Shown: positions 1 through 9,967 of the stretch, piece after piece | How positions within the stretch are numbered: the first letter of the stretch is position 1 | Layout of the letters: each line of letters opens with the position of its first letter | Assembly (NCBI GenBank): GCA_964632725.1 | Contig: CAZWCV010000002.1 | Coordinates: 17,317 to 81,316, forward strand | From: an uncultured Anaerolineaceae bacterium | GTDB taxonomy: Bacteria > Chloroflexota > Anaerolineae > Aggregatilineales > Phototrophicaceae | Direction: 5' to 3' | DNA: 64,000 nucleotides | Made by a program: the position numbers and the translations under genes | The notes under the pieces: model-generated | Databases searched by the model: none | What the model saw: only the letters and a program-made list of their open reading frames with translations | What the model was told of the DNA's origin: nothing

Positions 1-814
1 TGGTGGCTTTCAGCGCGTGATGCAGGATGATGCTGCCGGGGCGCAAATAATCTTTGTAGTTGTCCATAATTTCATCGACGCAAGCTCTGGCGCAGTGATC
101 TCTGTCGCAGGTTTGGTCTCGCGGCGCCAGACCGCGCAATTGAGCGTAGGTCGCGGAATCAGCCGTCTCCGCGCATTCGCAGTTGTGCACATCTTTCTGC
201 TGCGTGCAAATAGCGTCCTGCGAATCCAGCCCCCATAGAATCAGCGGCGTATAATACTGACGAGACAGTTCTTTGATTTGGTCGGTGACATGTCCATATG
301 GTGGGCGGATGCCGACCGGCTTGAAATTTGCGCCCAGCGCGCGCCGCATCACGCGCAGGGACGGCTCCATTTCTTCGTGGATTAATTGCTCGACGCTGAA
401 ACCTTTGATGACGCGATGCGTGTAAAGGTGACAGCCAAATTCGTGCCCCATGTCGCGCAGACGCGGGTAGAGATTCTCGTGACCTGCGGTGGGCCGCTCC
501 AGATTATTGTGCACGGCGTGGCCGATCGGGAACAAGGTAAGGCGGATATTGCGCCGGTGAAACTCGCGACAAATCCGCAGCGTGTAGAATTCGCTCCAAA
601 GGTCGTCGATGGTCAGGCAGATTCGGCGGGCATTGGTGCTTACGCCGCGGATGACATAGCCGAAGCCGCCGCTGAATTGCTCGTCCGAGCCATCGGAGTG
701 CGCCGACAGTGGCGGGCTGCCGCCCAGTAACGGAGCGCTGGCCGCCGCCAGGCCTATCTGCAGCAAGCGGCGGCGTGATATCAAATCGGCGCGGCTGTGG
801 TCTGATTCGGACAT
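1..814 (-). CDS. polysaccharide deacetylase (NodB-homology domain) with twin-arginine signal; 3' end runs off the window
   Basis: Hand translation of the minus strand from ATG at 812-814 gives MSESDHSRADLISRRRLLQIGLAAA (Tat-type RRRLL signal). It continues through LTIDD, GCHLYTH and GSIILHH motifs typical of NodB deacetylases. The frame is open down to position 1. It is absent from the ORF track because it has no in-window stop. Confidence 0.85.
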   Translation of the reverse strand, partial: MSESDHSRADLISRRRLLQIGLAAASAPLLGGSPPLSAHSDGSDEQFSGGFGYVIRGVSTNARRICLTIDDLWSEFYTLRICREFHRRNIRLTLFPIGHAVHNNLERPTAGHENLYPRLRDMGHEFGCHLYTHRVIKGFSVEQLIHEEMEPSLRVMRRALGANFKPVGIRPPYGHVTDQIKELSRQYYTPLILWGLDSQDAICTQQKDVHNCECAETADSATYAQLRGLAPRDQTCDRDHCARACVDEIMDNYKDYLRPGSIILHHALKAT

Positions 815-1002
815 TGCCTGACCCTCTACGTCGTCTGTATGTGCGTGCTTTGCGGCCGATATTCACGAGCGAAGGCGACAGAAATTACTCGACAGTCGTC
901 GCCGGCAATGGCACACAAGAAGCTACAAGTCTATACAGTTGGCCTGGCAATTGCCACTTCGCGCGCAAGGCCGATGCTGCTCTCGCGAGATGAAGCGCAG
1001 AG

Positions 1003-1719
1003 CTAAAGGGAGTCGCGTCGCCGCCAAAGCGCCGTGAGCAGAAGCACAACGATAGCGCCGGCAGCGCAGAGACCGCCAATTACCAGGCTGGCGTCAACGA
1101 AGAGCTGCTCCGGATAGAGCCGAATCAGGCTGTCGCTGAAGGGAAAGCGCCAGGTGCCGGCCGCGAAGAAGATCTCGTGAAAACGGTCGAAGGCGCTGTC
1201 CCAGGCGGCGGCCGCCACGACGGCCAACATCGTGATTGCGGCCAGCGTAAGCCAGGCGCCTCTCCGCAGCCCGGCCTGCACTTGCCGTCGCAACATGGGA
1301 CGCGACCTGGCCGCCAGCAGCGCCGCGACTAACGCTGCAACACCGGTGAAAGCCAGAACAAATATCGCCGTCACGGTCCGCTTGACGTCTTCCAGATGAC
1401 GCAGTTCATTCGCGTTGAATAGCTGGCAGTGCGCGGCGTCGCCCGCCGGTTGCCAACACTTTTGTCGCGGAATCCGCAGCGCGGCCAAGGACGAGCTGTC
1501 TCCCGTCTGAAACAGGAAATCGATGGCGAGCAGGCCGTATTCAAGTCGATCTTGGGTCGTAAAGCCATAGGGATCCGCTGGAAAGCCCGGGCGCTGATAC
1601 TCCAGGCGCAGGAATTCGTGGCTGAGCAGCAGGCGAACGCTCGCGGCCAGCAGCAGGACGGGCAGGGCCAGCGTGAACAGCCAGCGAATCAGCCTATGGC
1701 AGTTGCGACAGTTATTCAT
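1003..1719 (-). CDS. integral membrane protein, TIGR01906/DUF1461-like
   Basis: 238-aa ORF with an N-terminal TM helix, a central soluble segment and C-terminal TM helices. The ATG at 1717-1719 overlaps the stop (1712-1714) of the upstream gene by 8 nt. The family call rests on architecture only. Confidence 0.6.
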   Translation of the reverse strand: MNNCRNCHRLIRWLFTLALPVLLLAASVRLLLSHEFLRLEYQRPGFPADPYGFTTQDRLEYGLLAIDFLFQTGDSSSLAALRIPRQKCWQPAGDAAHCQLFNANELRHLEDVKRTVTAIFVLAFTGVAALVAALLAARSRPMLRRQVQAGLRRGAWLTLAAITMLAVVAAAAWDSAFDRFHEIFFAAGTWRFPFSDSLIRLYPEQLFVDASLVIGGLCAAGAIVVLLLTALWRRRDSL

Positions 1720-3346
1720 CGGCTAACTGAAACTCGGCGGCGCGGCCCGCCAGCAGGAAGTCGAGCACTATAGAATCGACCAGACGCTCCACCGGCGCCA
1801 GGTCGTCGGTGAAGATGATTGCGCTGTCCGCCAGCGGAACCAGCGCCGCAGCCGCATCATCCAGTACGTTGTACAGGCGCGCATCTACGGTATCGACTCT
1901 GTACTCCAGGTTCGCGCGCAGGTTGTTCCTTTCTGTAGATTGCCTGGTCGCCACAAGAATGGTGTTAAACGACTGCGGCACATCAAGCGCGTGCACGCTG
2001 GGATACACTTGCAAGAGCGTGCTGCTCAGCGCGTCCACCAGGCGGCGGTCGGTGTCCGTGCGTCCCACGTTGATGGCGACTACGCCGTCGTCCTTCAGGA
2101 GCGCCTTCACCTCCTCGAAGAACTCCACGGTCGTCAAGTGCCAGGGAATATACGGTGGGCGGTAAGCGTCGATGCCGATCACGCTGAATTGCCGATCAAG
2201 CCGATTCAGCAGGTAGCGCCCGTCGCCGACCAGCGTCGACAGGCTGGGCATGGCTGTTTCGTTCATGTCGAAATATTCGGCGCCCACCGCGACAATCTCC
2301 GGGTCAAGCTCTATGCCAACGATGGGGATATCGCCGTAGATCTCGATGTGCTGCCGCGGTATTGTGCCGGCCGCCAGCCCGATCAGCAGCAGCGACGCGA
2401 CTTCATCCGCGCGAAAGGGCGCCTCGTTGAAATAGGGCGCCGCCAGAAAATAGTCCCAGGTCCCGCCGTAGAAGACTTCAGATTCATGCCACTGGCTGTG
2501 AATGCCTTGCCCTTCGTTCAAATAGAGGTAACGGTAGCCGGCGCTGTCCTCTTGCACCTGGATATAGTTGTAGGCGCTCTCGCTGTCAAAGCGCAAACGC
2601 GCGCTCGCGGCCGGTTGTCGCAAGGGGCCGTCCAGCGCGGTTGGGGCCAGCAGACCGACAATGAAGGGCATCGCCAGGTATGGCATGGCGCGGCGGCCGT
2701 CGACTCTAAACAGCGCAACGCATGCAATCGCGAAGAGCAGCCCGGAAAACAGCAGAAAGGTCCGCGCCGTGCCGATCTGCGGGATGGTGATAAGCACTGG
2801 CAAAAATGTGCCGCACAAGCTGCCCAGGGTGCTGACGGCGTATACTTGACCGGCGATTCGGCCGCTGGTCTCCACGTCGGTCACCGCCAGGCGGATGACA
2901 AATGGCGATACCATGCCGAGCAGGGTCACCGGAACTGAAAACAAGATAAGGATTACGATGAAGGAACCCAGCGCCAGCGCGGCCTCAGCGCCGAAGACCG
3001 CATCCGCGGCGCCCGTGATGACAGGACGACCAACCAGTGGAATCAGCGCGCTCAAGAAGGCGGCCCAGAGTATAATCTGCAGCATCACAGCGGCGCGCGG
3101 CAGCTTGTCCGCCAGGCGGCCGCCGGCGAAGTAGCCCACAGTCAAGTAGAGCAGCATCAGGCCGATGACATTCGCCCAGACCAGATTGCTATTGCCGAAT
3201 ACATTGCCCAGCAGCCGCGACGCCGACAGCTCAATGGCCAGAGTCGTCAGGCCGCTGAAAAAGGCAATCATGTACAGGAATCGCTTGCTCATCGTCACTT
3301 CGGCTCGTTTTGCCGGCATGTTCGAAAATGGCCGCGGCAACTCCAT
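1712..3346 (-). CDS. fused polytopic membrane / spermidine-synthase-like protein
   Basis: 544-aa ORF. The N-terminal half has about 7 TM helices. The C-terminal half has a spermidine-synthase-like fold (YRYLYLNEGQGIHS, LLLIGLAAGT, VIGIDAYRPPYIPWHLTTVEFF). Alternative starts at 3319 or 3292 (MSKRFLYMI) are possible. Confidence 0.8.
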   Translation of the reverse strand: MELPRPFSNMPAKRAEVTMSKRFLYMIAFFSGLTTLAIELSASRLLGNVFGNSNLVWANVIGLMLLYLTVGYFAGGRLADKLPRAAVMLQIILWAAFLSALIPLVGRPVITGAADAVFGAEAALALGSFIVILILFSVPVTLLGMVSPFVIRLAVTDVETSGRIAGQVYAVSTLGSLCGTFLPVLITIPQIGTARTFLLFSGLLFAIACVALFRVDGRRAMPYLAMPFIVGLLAPTALDGPLRQPAASARLRFDSESAYNYIQVQEDSAGYRYLYLNEGQGIHSQWHESEVFYGGTWDYFLAAPYFNEAPFRADEVASLLLIGLAAGTIPRQHIEIYGDIPIVGIELDPEIVAVGAEYFDMNETAMPSLSTLVGDGRYLLNRLDRQFSVIGIDAYRPPYIPWHLTTVEFFEEVKALLKDDGVVAINVGRTDTDRRLVDALSSTLLQVYPSVHALDVPQSFNTILVATRQSTERNNLRANLEYRVDTVDARLYNVLDDAAAALVPLADSAIIFTDDLAPVERLVDSIVLDFLLAGRAAEFQLADE

Positions 3347-3394
3347 TCGCCCCGCGTCAGTCAGTCATTATGCGACCCCGAAAGCGAAAAATCA

Positions 3395-4078
3395 ATGAAG
3401 GTAAGTGTCTCAGTCGCCGCCGTCGAACATGCGCCTGAAATAGCAAAGGTCGCTGCCGAGTCGCTCGCTATGGGCGTTAAGGCCGAGAGCGCGCGCGTTC
3501 GGCGCGTCTTGGGCGCAGGCCACACATTTTTAGCGAAAGCCGATGGAAACTACGTCGGCTTTGCCAGCAGTTTCGTAACGCCTGACGAACATGGCAACGC
3601 CCGCTTCGAGCTGGATCTGCTGGGCGTTGCGCCGTCCTGGCAGGGGCGCGGAATCGGCGCGCGACTCGGTGAGAGAAGTGTGTTGGCGGCAGGCGAAACC
3701 GGCGCGGCGACAATTCGAGCGCTGGTCCGCCGCGACAATATGTCGATGCGGCGCCTCTGTATTCGACTGGGCTTTCGGCGCTCTGAAGCGGTTCACCAAC
3801 TCTGGGCGAGCCGGACCGGGCGGCCTGCAAACAACTGCGAACGATACCCTGGAGCGCGAATTATCCCAGTTGATACCTTGACCTACGGCGGCTACTGGCT
3901 GGAGGGCGCGCTCAGCCAAGGCGCGATTGATGAAGCTCGGACTATGCTCTGGCATCAACCCGACCGCCGGGTCGCGGGAGCGGTCGTCCCTGAACATGAC
4001 CGGCGAGCAATCGACTTGCTGCGCGCGAATTCATTCGACCGGATGGGCGAATTCCTTTGGTGGACGCTTAGCCTGTGA
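3395..4078 (+). CDS. GNAT family N-acetyltransferase with C-terminal extension
   Basis: 227-aa ORF. It carries a WQGRGIGARLGE acetyl-CoA-binding (R/Q-x-x-G-x-G/A) motif after beta-strand-like segments. Its 3' end overlaps the convergent gene by 11 nt. Confidence 0.7.
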   Translation: MKVSVSVAAVEHAPEIAKVAAESLAMGVKAESARVRRVLGAGHTFLAKADGNYVGFASSFVTPDEHGNARFELDLLGVAPSWQGRGIGARLGERSVLAAGETGAATIRALVRRDNMSMRRLCIRLGFRRSEAVHQLWASRTGRPANNCERYPGARIIPVDTLTYGGYWLEGALSQGAIDEARTMLWHQPDRRVAGAVVPEHDRRAIDLLRANSFDRMGEFLWWTLSL

Positions 4079-5213
4079 AGCGCTCAATCTTGAAGAGATT
4101 GTCGTTGTGAGACGTGGCGCCGTCCAGCGCGATCTCGGTCAGCATCTTGCCGATGATCGTGCTGAACTTGAAGCCGTGGCCGCTGAAACCCGCGCCGATC
4201 GCGACATGAGCATGCTCCGGATGCTTGTCGACGACAAAGTGCTCATCAGGCGTCTGTGTGTATAAGCAAATGCGGCTCTCGCGCACCGGCGCCTCGGCAA
4301 TGCCGGGGATATGCGCGCGCATAAAGGGGCGCAGGGCCGCGACATTCCCGGCGTCCGGCTCCCGGCTGATTTCCGACGGATGTGAATACGCCGGGCCGCC
4401 GTGGAAGGCGATCTTGAAACCAGAGCCGTCGTGCGAGGGGATGCCATATACAGCTTCCGGAAAGAGGCTGTCGACATGCGCAATCCAGACCGGACAATTC
4501 TCGGCCTCATAAGGCGACTGCTCCGCCGGCGCCATGAAATTCAATTGGCAGCGCAAGGGTACAAGCGGCAGGTCAAGGCCAGTTTGCGCCAGCAGGCGCC
4601 TGGCCCAGGCGCCTGCGCTTACGATTAACTGGCCGGCGGCGTACGTTTCATTGGCAGTCGCGACTTCGACGCTATCAGACGCCAACCTTATCGCCGTAAC
4701 CGGAGTGCAGTCCTGCATGACGGCGCCATTGGCTTTCGCCAACTTGATGTGACCCAGCACGGCTCTTGACGCAGAGACAAAGCCGCTGTCCGGCTGATAC
4801 AGCGCTTTGAAGTCCTCAGTCAGGCGGAATTGCGGAAAGCGGCGCTTTGCCTCGTCGGGCGAGAGCAACTCGTAGGGCAGACCGCTGGACTGCATGGCGG
4901 CGATGGTGGCTTCCAGCGATGCCTGGCCGGCCGGGCCAAAGTCGATGCCGCCGGTCTGGAACACCAACTGCTCGCCCAGCTTGTCCTGCAAGGCAAACCA
5001 GAGCGGAAAGGCGTCTTTCGCCAGCGCCACGTATTCGGGATGGTCATAAGCGTAGCGAATGATGCGCGAGTAACCGTATGAACTGCCCTGGCGATGATCA
5101 AGCTCGAACTGTTCCAGCAGCAGAACGCGCTGCCCGCGCTCGCTCAAATAGTAGGCTGCGGCGCTGCCCATGGCGCCGGCGCCGATCACAATGGCGTCAA
5201 TGACTTGGGTCAT
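4068..5213 (-). CDS. FAD-dependent N-methyl amino acid oxidase (monomeric sarcosine oxidase / N-methyltryptophan oxidase family)
   Basis: 381 aa. It has an N-terminal DAIVIGAGAMGSAAAYYL dinucleotide-binding motif and RICLYTQTPDEHFVVD, which matches the covalent-FAD Cys region of the MSOX/MTOX family. Confidence 0.85.
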   Translation of the reverse strand: MTQVIDAIVIGAGAMGSAAAYYLSERGQRVLLLEQFELDHRQGSSYGYSRIIRYAYDHPEYVALAKDAFPLWFALQDKLGEQLVFQTGGIDFGPAGQASLEATIAAMQSSGLPYELLSPDEAKRRFPQFRLTEDFKALYQPDSGFVSASRAVLGHIKLAKANGAVMQDCTPVTAIRLASDSVEVATANETYAAGQLIVSAGAWARRLLAQTGLDLPLVPLRCQLNFMAPAEQSPYEAENCPVWIAHVDSLFPEAVYGIPSHDGSGFKIAFHGGPAYSHPSEISREPDAGNVAALRPFMRAHIPGIAEAPVRESRICLYTQTPDEHFVVDKHPEHAHVAIGAGFSGHGFKFSTIIGKMLTEIALDGATSHNDNLFKIERFTG

Positions 5214-5239
5214 CTTTCTGGCTTTCGACTGGACGTCAC

Positions 5240-6493
5240 TCAGATGGGTCGCTGTTCCAGGGCGGCGGCAATGTCATCGTCCTTGCGCACCACCAGCGTC
5301 GGGATCTTGGCCAATTGTAACATGCCGCGCAACTCGCTCGAATCCAGCCCGGCGCTGAACGATTGCGGATCAACAAACACGCAAATCGGGCGTATGCCGC
5401 GGCGAATCATGACTTGCGCTTCGTTGATCCAGTCCATATCCAGCGAGGAAGTCACGATCATCACGGTTGTGCCGCGGGTGAACTGGTGCGTCTCCAGCGA
5501 GAGCATTTCTCGCAAGGTATGCGTGGATGTGCTGCGCGCCACCGCCAACGCCTGAAAGACGCGGGTAAGCTGACGATTGCCGCGGTCAGGCTGGAACACC
5601 TGTCGATAAGGGGTGTAGGCCGCGTAACCGACGACGCGTTCGTCATCAATGAAGTGCTTGGCGAGCGAGGCGGCGATGATGGCGCCGTACTCCTCGGTTG
5701 AAGGCGGAATGCGATAGGTCGATGGCGCCAGGCCGCCGCTCTGCCGCATGCGCTGCGCAGCCGGATCCTCGACCAGCGAGCTGGCGGAGAAATCGCTGAA
5801 TAGCCAGATATCCACCAGCGGATCCAACTCGAATTCCTTAACCATGATATCGCCCGTGCGCGCCGTCGAGCGCCAGTGGATGCGGTTGATGCTGTCGCCG
5901 GGCACGTAATCGCGGATGCTGCTGGCGTTGGTAGTAATCTGGTGGGTCAGCTGCCGCTGGGCGTCCCCGCCGGACAAGAAACCGACCGGCAGCTCGACCC
6001 GATTCAGCTCCACCGTCATGGGATACACCATCAAGCGATCGGTCGCGCCAATGCGCCGCGGCGAGCGAAACAAGCCAAAGGGATCGCCCGCAACCACGGT
6101 TATCGGCCCCAGCTGGAATTCGCCGCGTACGGCGCAGATGGTATTGACTTCCCAGGTATGCTCCTTGCCGCCCAACAAAGACGGTACGATATGACTGGCT
6201 TTATGCCCGGGCAGGTCGGAATGATCGCGGATTTCCAGCCACAGCTTGGGAAACAGCCCGGTCTTGCGGACGCCGAAAGACTCCTGAAAGACGCGGCCGA
6301 CTTGCGACCGGCGCGTGCGGGTGCTGCGGCGCAACGCGATGCCGCGCAGCGAGAGCCAGGTCCAGACGAACGACAGGCACAAGATCGCGCCAATCGCGTA
6401 GGCGATATTGAACAACTCGGCGCGGCCAGTGAACAGCGCCGTCAGCAGGCAGATAATCGTCAGAAGGTACAGGGCGTTGCGGCGGCCGGGCAT
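5240..6493 (-). CDS. DUF58 domain protein (MoxR-associated)
   Basis: 417 aa. It has two N-terminal TM helices and a DUF58 signature IRDYVPGDSINRIHWRSTARTGDIMVKEFE. It lies 6 nt downstream of the MoxR ATPase gene. Confidence 0.8.
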   Translation of the reverse strand: MPGRRNALYLLTIICLLTALFTGRAELFNIAYAIGAILCLSFVWTWLSLRGIALRRSTRTRRSQVGRVFQESFGVRKTGLFPKLWLEIRDHSDLPGHKASHIVPSLLGGKEHTWEVNTICAVRGEFQLGPITVVAGDPFGLFRSPRRIGATDRLMVYPMTVELNRVELPVGFLSGGDAQRQLTHQITTNASSIRDYVPGDSINRIHWRSTARTGDIMVKEFELDPLVDIWLFSDFSASSLVEDPAAQRMRQSGGLAPSTYRIPPSTEEYGAIIAASLAKHFIDDERVVGYAAYTPYRQVFQPDRGNRQLTRVFQALAVARSTSTHTLREMLSLETHQFTRGTTVMIVTSSLDMDWINEAQVMIRRGIRPICVFVDPQSFSAGLDSSELRGMLQLAKIPTLVVRKDDDIAAALEQRPI

Positions 6494-6499
6494 GGGACC

Positions 6500-7528
6500 C
6501 TAACGGACGGATGAACCGGGCACGGGCGTATTCTGCAGGATGTCCTGCACGATCGTTCGCGATGTGATGTTCTTGATGCGCGCCGCCGGCCCCACGATGA
6601 TGCGATGCGCCAGCGTGACCTCGGCCAGGGCCTTGACATCGTCCGGGATGACGAAGTCGCGCCCGGTCATGGCCGCGCGCGCCTGCGCCGTGCGAAACAG
6701 CGCCAGCGAACCGCGCGGGCTGCTGCCGAGATAGACATCGCCGTGGCGCCGCGAGGCCGTGATCAAATTGATGATGTACTGCTGCACTTCATTGGCGACG
6801 TAAACGTCCTTGATCTGCTGCTGGGCGGCCAGCAATTCCTTCAAGGACACCACTTGCTGCAGATTTTGAATCGGATGCTGATACTGCTGCGACGAGAGTA
6901 TCTTGAGCTCGTCAGCCGGCTGCGGATAACCCATCTGAATGCGGACCAGGAAGCGGTCGAGCTGCGCCTCCGGCAGCGGAAAAGTTCCCTCGTACTCGAT
7001 GGGGTTTTGCGTCGCCATAATCAGAAAGGGATTGCTGAGACGGTAGGTGACGCCGTCGACCGTCATCTGCCCTTCTTCCATCGCCTCCAGCAGGGCGGAC
7101 TGCGTCTTGGGCGTGGCGCGGTTGATTTCGTCAGCCAGCACAATCTGCGCCATGATGGGGCCGGGCCGAAACTCAAACTCGCGCGTTTTGGGATTGTAAA
7201 TCGAAACGCCGGTGATGTCCGATGGCAGCATATCCGGCGTAAACTGAATGCGGTTGAAGCTGCAGCCAACAGCCCGCGCCAGCGACTTGGCCAGCATGGT
7301 CTTGCCGACGCCCGGGATATCTTCCAGCAGAATATGCCCGCGACAGAGCAAGCCCAGCGTCGTCAGACGGATCTCGTTTGTCTTGCCCAAAATCACCTGG
7401 CCGACGCTGTTGGTCACCCGTTCCGCGATTTCCTGCACGCTTGCCGTTGCTTGCCGGACTGTCGCGGTACGCCGTGTCGCTGGGAATTGTTCGCCCATTA
7501 ATGATTGTCCACTTGTGTCCGATTGCAC
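6500..7528 (-). CDS. MoxR-family AAA+ ATPase
   Basis: 342 aa with Walker A (EDIPGVGKT) and Walker B ([10 protein letters not shown]). The MoxR-type C-terminal region is present. The start is GTG at 7528 or ATG at 7498. Confidence 0.9.
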   Translation of the reverse strand: MQSDTSGQSLMGEQFPATRRTATVRQATASVQEIAERVTNSVGQVILGKTNEIRLTTLGLLCRGHILLEDIPGVGKTMLAKSLARAVGCSFNRIQFTPDMLPSDITGVSIYNPKTREFEFRPGPIMAQIVLADEINRATPKTQSALLEAMEEGQMTVDGVTYRLSNPFLIMATQNPIEYEGTFPLPEAQLDRFLVRIQMGYPQPADELKILSSQQYQHPIQNLQQVVSLKELLAAQQQIKDVYVANEVQQYIINLITASRRHGDVYLGSSPRGSLALFRTAQARAAMTGRDFVIPDDVKALAEVTLAHRIIVGPAARIKNITSRTIVQDILQNTPVPGSSVR

Positions 7529-7612
7529 AATTAAATTGCACTAAGTATAGCGGAATACCAATTCTTCGTTTCCCACGCGTCGTCTCCGTTTGGGATTCGA
7601 TTTGTCGTCCGC

Positions 7613-7640
7613 TTGCCGATTGGCGCTCAGCAAGTATAAT
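7613..7640 (+). promoter_or_regulatory. putative sigma70-type promoter (TTGCCG-16 nt-TATAAT)
   Basis: The -35 hexamer is at 7613-7618 and the -10 hexamer at 7635-7640. It sits in the 240-bp divergent intergenic region upstream of the roadblock gene and pyrG. The call rests on a consensus match only. Confidence 0.35.
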
Positions 7641-7798
7641 GAAGCCGGGTCAGAAGCAATATGGCAACTTTGTCCGGGCGCGGTAACCGGACCAAACCGC
7701 CGGCTGTCAGTGTCAACCGCCAGTAACGAGAAAAGCGCCTCGCGCCCGCACAGCCTTTATGTTGGCGCGTGCCGGCCGATCACAAAGTAAAGGTCCAA

Positions 7799-8173
7799 GT
7801 GTTGATTGCAGCTCGCGCGGAAAGCATCGAAAAGCGCCTGGAAGCGCTGCGTTTGTCGGGATCGGACATTCAGGCGGCCGCGGCCGTCAGCGTGGACGGC
7901 TTCATGATCGCCGCTTCGCTGCCCGATGATCTGGCCCAGGATTCTGTGTCAGCGATGTCAGCGGCGCTGCTGGCGCTCGGCGACAGAATCGCGCAAGAAT
8001 TGGGGCGCGGTCCGCTCGATCAGGTTTTCATAAAAGGCGATAATGGTTACGTACTGATGACGACCGTCAATGACAATATCGTGCTCACGGTACTGGCGGG
8101 GGCGGAAGCCAGGCTGGGCCTCACGCTGCTGGATATGCGGCGGACGGCCATGGCATTAAGCGAGCTGGCTTGA
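7799..8173 (+). CDS. Roadblock/LC7 (MglB-like) domain protein
   Basis: About 125-134 aa. The pattern AAAVSVDGFMIAASLP...VFIKGDNGYVLMTTVNDNIVLTVLA is typical of roadblock/LC7. GTG at 7799 is preceded by AAAGG; the ORF is also open from GTG at 7769. Confidence 0.7.
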   Translation: MLIAARAESIEKRLEALRLSGSDIQAAAAVSVDGFMIAASLPDDLAQDSVSAMSAALLALGDRIAQELGRGPLDQVFIKGDNGYVLMTTVNDNIVLTVLAGAEARLGLTLLDMRRTAMALSELA

Positions 8174-8246
8174 ATTCCCAGAGGATTATTGCGTCCGCGC
8201 GGATATGCCGCAGCGAATGGCATCAGCATAGGATGGACAAACTAAC

Positions 8247-9899
8247 GTGAAACCGAAATACATCTTCTGCACGGGCGGTGTGGTCAGTTCGGTTGGCAAG
8301 GGGCTAACCGTCGCCGCCATCGGTCGCATTCTCAAGGCGCGCGGATTGAAAGTCGCCATTCAGAAGCTGGACCCCTATCTCAATGTCGATCCCGGCACGA
8401 TGAGCCCTTATCAGCATGGCGAAGTATTCGTCACATCGGATGGCGCCGAAACGGATCTCGACCTGGGGCACTACGAACGGTTCGTTGATGAGAATGTCAG
8501 CCGGCTTTCCAATGTGACCTCCGGCCAGGTGTATCTGACCGTCATCGAGAAAGAACGCAAGGGCGATTATCTCGGCGGCACCATTCAGGTGGTGCCGCAT
8601 ATCACCAACGAGATCAAGCGCTGCATCAAGCTATTGGGCAAGCGCACCGACGCCGACGTCGTCATCGTCGAGGTCGGCGGCACCGCGGGCGACATCGAAA
8701 GCCTGCCGTTCCTGGAAGCGCTGCGGCAGCTGCGCACCGAATTCAAGCGCAGTGACACCATGTACGTGCATGTTACCTTCCTGCCGCATATCGGCGCGAC
8801 CGACGAGCTAAAGACCAAGCCAACCCAGCACAGCGTCCGTGAACTGCGCGGCATCGGCATCCAGCCGGATGTGATCATCGCCCGCACCGATTTCCCGGTG
8901 AACGAAGAAATTGTCAACAAGATCGCGCTCTTCTGCGATGTCGACAAAGACGCGGTTATCCCACTGCAAACGGCCGACAATATCTACGCCGTCCCGCTTA
9001 TGATCGAGAAGCGGGGTTTGGGCGACTACATCCTGGATCGCATGCGGCTGGAATCAGGACCGCCTGATCTGCGGGAATGGGAAGCCATCGTCGGCAAGTG
9101 TCAGGCGGTCACGGAAAAGCTGCGGATTGGCATAGTCGGAAAGTACGTCGAATTGCACGACGCCTATATGTCCGTTAAAGAATCTGTTTTCCACGCGGCC
9201 GTGCAGCAAGACCAAAATGTGGAGATTTGCTGGATTCATTCGGGCGAGCTGGAAAAGGGCAAGCGCCTCGACGAACTGGGCGACCTGCATGGCGTCATTG
9301 TGCCGGGCGGTTTCGGCTACCGCGGTATTGAAGGCAAAATCGCTGCCGCGAAATTCGCGCGGGAGAACAAGGTCCCGTATTTGGGTTTATGCCTGGGCAT
9401 GCAGGTGATGTGTATTGAATACGCCCGCAATGTGCTGGGCCTGGAAGACGCCAACAGTTCGGAGTTTGATGTCAGCACGCCACACCCGGTGATTGATCTG
9501 ATGTTGGAGCAGCGGGCGATTACGGACATGGGCGGAACCATGCGGCTGGGCGAATATCCCTGCCTGCTGCAGCCTAATTCCGCGGCGGCGCAGGCCTACG
9601 GCGCCGGGAAAATACTCGAGCGCCACCGCCATCGCTTCGAATTTAATAACGACTATCGCGACATTTTCTCCGCCAATGGCGTTTATTTCAGCGGCTTAAG
9701 CCCGGATGGCGTGCTGGTCGAAATCTCCGAGCTGCAAGATCATCCCTTCATGCTCGGCTCGCAATTCCATCCTGAATTCCTCAGTCGGCCAAATCGCCCT
9801 CATCCCTTGTTTTCAGCATTCATTGAGGCATCTGCGGAATACCGCGACGAAATGGGCCGTTTTCGTGAAGCGCGCGCCTGGGGCGTGGACTCGGCTTAA
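8247..9899 (+). CDS. pyrG: CTP synthase
   Basis: 550 aa. The N-terminus reads KYIFCTGGVVSSVGKG. The C-terminal glutamine amidotransferase domain has GLCLGMQ and the HRHRFEFN region. Confidence 0.97.
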   Translation: MKPKYIFCTGGVVSSVGKGLTVAAIGRILKARGLKVAIQKLDPYLNVDPGTMSPYQHGEVFVTSDGAETDLDLGHYERFVDENVSRLSNVTSGQVYLTVIEKERKGDYLGGTIQVVPHITNEIKRCIKLLGKRTDADVVIVEVGGTAGDIESLPFLEALRQLRTEFKRSDTMYVHVTFLPHIGATDELKTKPTQHSVRELRGIGIQPDVIIARTDFPVNEEIVNKIALFCDVDKDAVIPLQTADNIYAVPLMIEKRGLGDYILDRMRLESGPPDLREWEAIVGKCQAVTEKLRIGIVGKYVELHDAYMSVKESVFHAAVQQDQNVEICWIHSGELEKGKRLDELGDLHGVIVPGGFGYRGIEGKIAAAKFARENKVPYLGLCLGMQVMCIEYARNVLGLEDANSSEFDVSTPHPVIDLMLEQRAITDMGGTMRLGEYPCLLQPNSAAAQAYGAGKILERHRHRFEFNNDYRDIFSANGVYFSGLSPDGVLVEISELQDHPFMLGSQFHPEFLSRPNRPHPLFSAFIEASAEYRDEMGRFREARAWGVDSA

Positions 9900-9967
9900 A
9901 CGAATTACAGCACAGATAGCGGGCGGCCTGGAGCGCATGGCATAGCCCTGAAGATGAGAGACAAGCG

